DNA of 61,200 nt, counting the filler, from Sphacelaria rigidula (lineage: Eukaryota): the NCBI GenBank assembly GCA_964200075.2. It is 8 parts of 8 records of this genome, joined end to end, with 100 filler letters (N's around TTAATTAATTAA, not from the genome) between each part and the next. Parts side by side here need not be neighbours in the genome. Positions count along the whole stretch, not along the records: positions 53,639 to 61,200 come from CAXNAA020014326.1; 7 more parts are not named here. The stretch is one strand, 5' to 3'. Below the pieces are notes generated by a model that worked only from the letters and a program-made list of their open reading frames with translations, was not told where the DNA came from and did not search any database. Made by a program: the position numbers and the translations under genes. Below are positions 60,890-61,200 of this stretch, piece by piece. Numbering within the stretch: the stretch's first letter is position 1; every line of letters begins with the position of its first letter.

Positions 60890-61200
60890 GTGCCGTTTGA
60901 GGACGCGCTGAAATGGTGGAGAGGCTACGGCACTAAGGAGTTCCGCTGGCTGTCACATGTAGCGAGGTCTGTGTTCGGCCACCCTGCTACAGCGGCCGCC
61001 ATCGAGCGGGACTTCAGCAGTGGGGGACATATGCTTACTCCGCAGCGCTCTCGTCTCGACGCCGTCTATGCTGAGAAATTGATGTATCTCAACCTGAACC
61101 ACGACATATCCCAAATCACATCCCGGAAATCCCGCAAACACAGGTGTTCAAGTACTTGCCGGCGCGAATGGCGGAACTTGACGACTTGGATGTATCCATC
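60890..61200 (+). pseudogene. hAT transposase C-terminal dimerisation (hATC) exon
   Basis: CCACAG acceptor; DALKWW..EFRWLSHVARSVFGHPATAAAIERDFSSGGHMLTPQRSRLD..EKLMYLNLN; probable frameshift near 61108. Confidence 0.9.

Noticed and set aside
48185-61200. Harbinger plus hAT as one composite system
   Set aside because: They lie on different contigs separated by an artificial linker.

Overview
This is a repeat-rich eukaryotic sequence, most likely a brown alga or other stramenopile (inferred from GT-AG introns and the LINE, SINE and transposase types; not provable from the window). It is not one locus. Seven identical 100-nt linkers (44 N + TTAATTAATTAA + 44 N) join eight pieces of 7563, 7563, 7563, 7563, 7562, 7562, 7562 and 7562 bp, i.e. 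unplaced contigs concatenated in length order, so adjacency across a linker means nothing. Host coding sequence is scarce: two exons of a CAX-type Ca2+/H+ exchanger and one in-frame exon with an 'FPTITVC' motif reminiscent of DEG/ENaC channels. The rest is mostly transposon-derived. It includes a spliced PIF/Harbinger (PHIS) transposase and a spliced, internally deleted hAT transposase preceded by a 14-copy ~44-bp array. There are also RTE-like and zinc-knuckle LINE relics, tRNA-derived SINEs, and many MITE/foldback families (Stowaway-, piggyBac-, CACTA- and PHIS-like ends). The most intriguing structure is a ~570-bp inverted duplication of the 5' coding end of a plant-type mariner transposase behind a Stowaway-type TIR, architecturally like a 'Mu killer' hairpin silencer. 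I found no CRISPR array, prokaryotic operon or intact tRNA/rRNA gene. Most ORFs in the supplied track are spurious.
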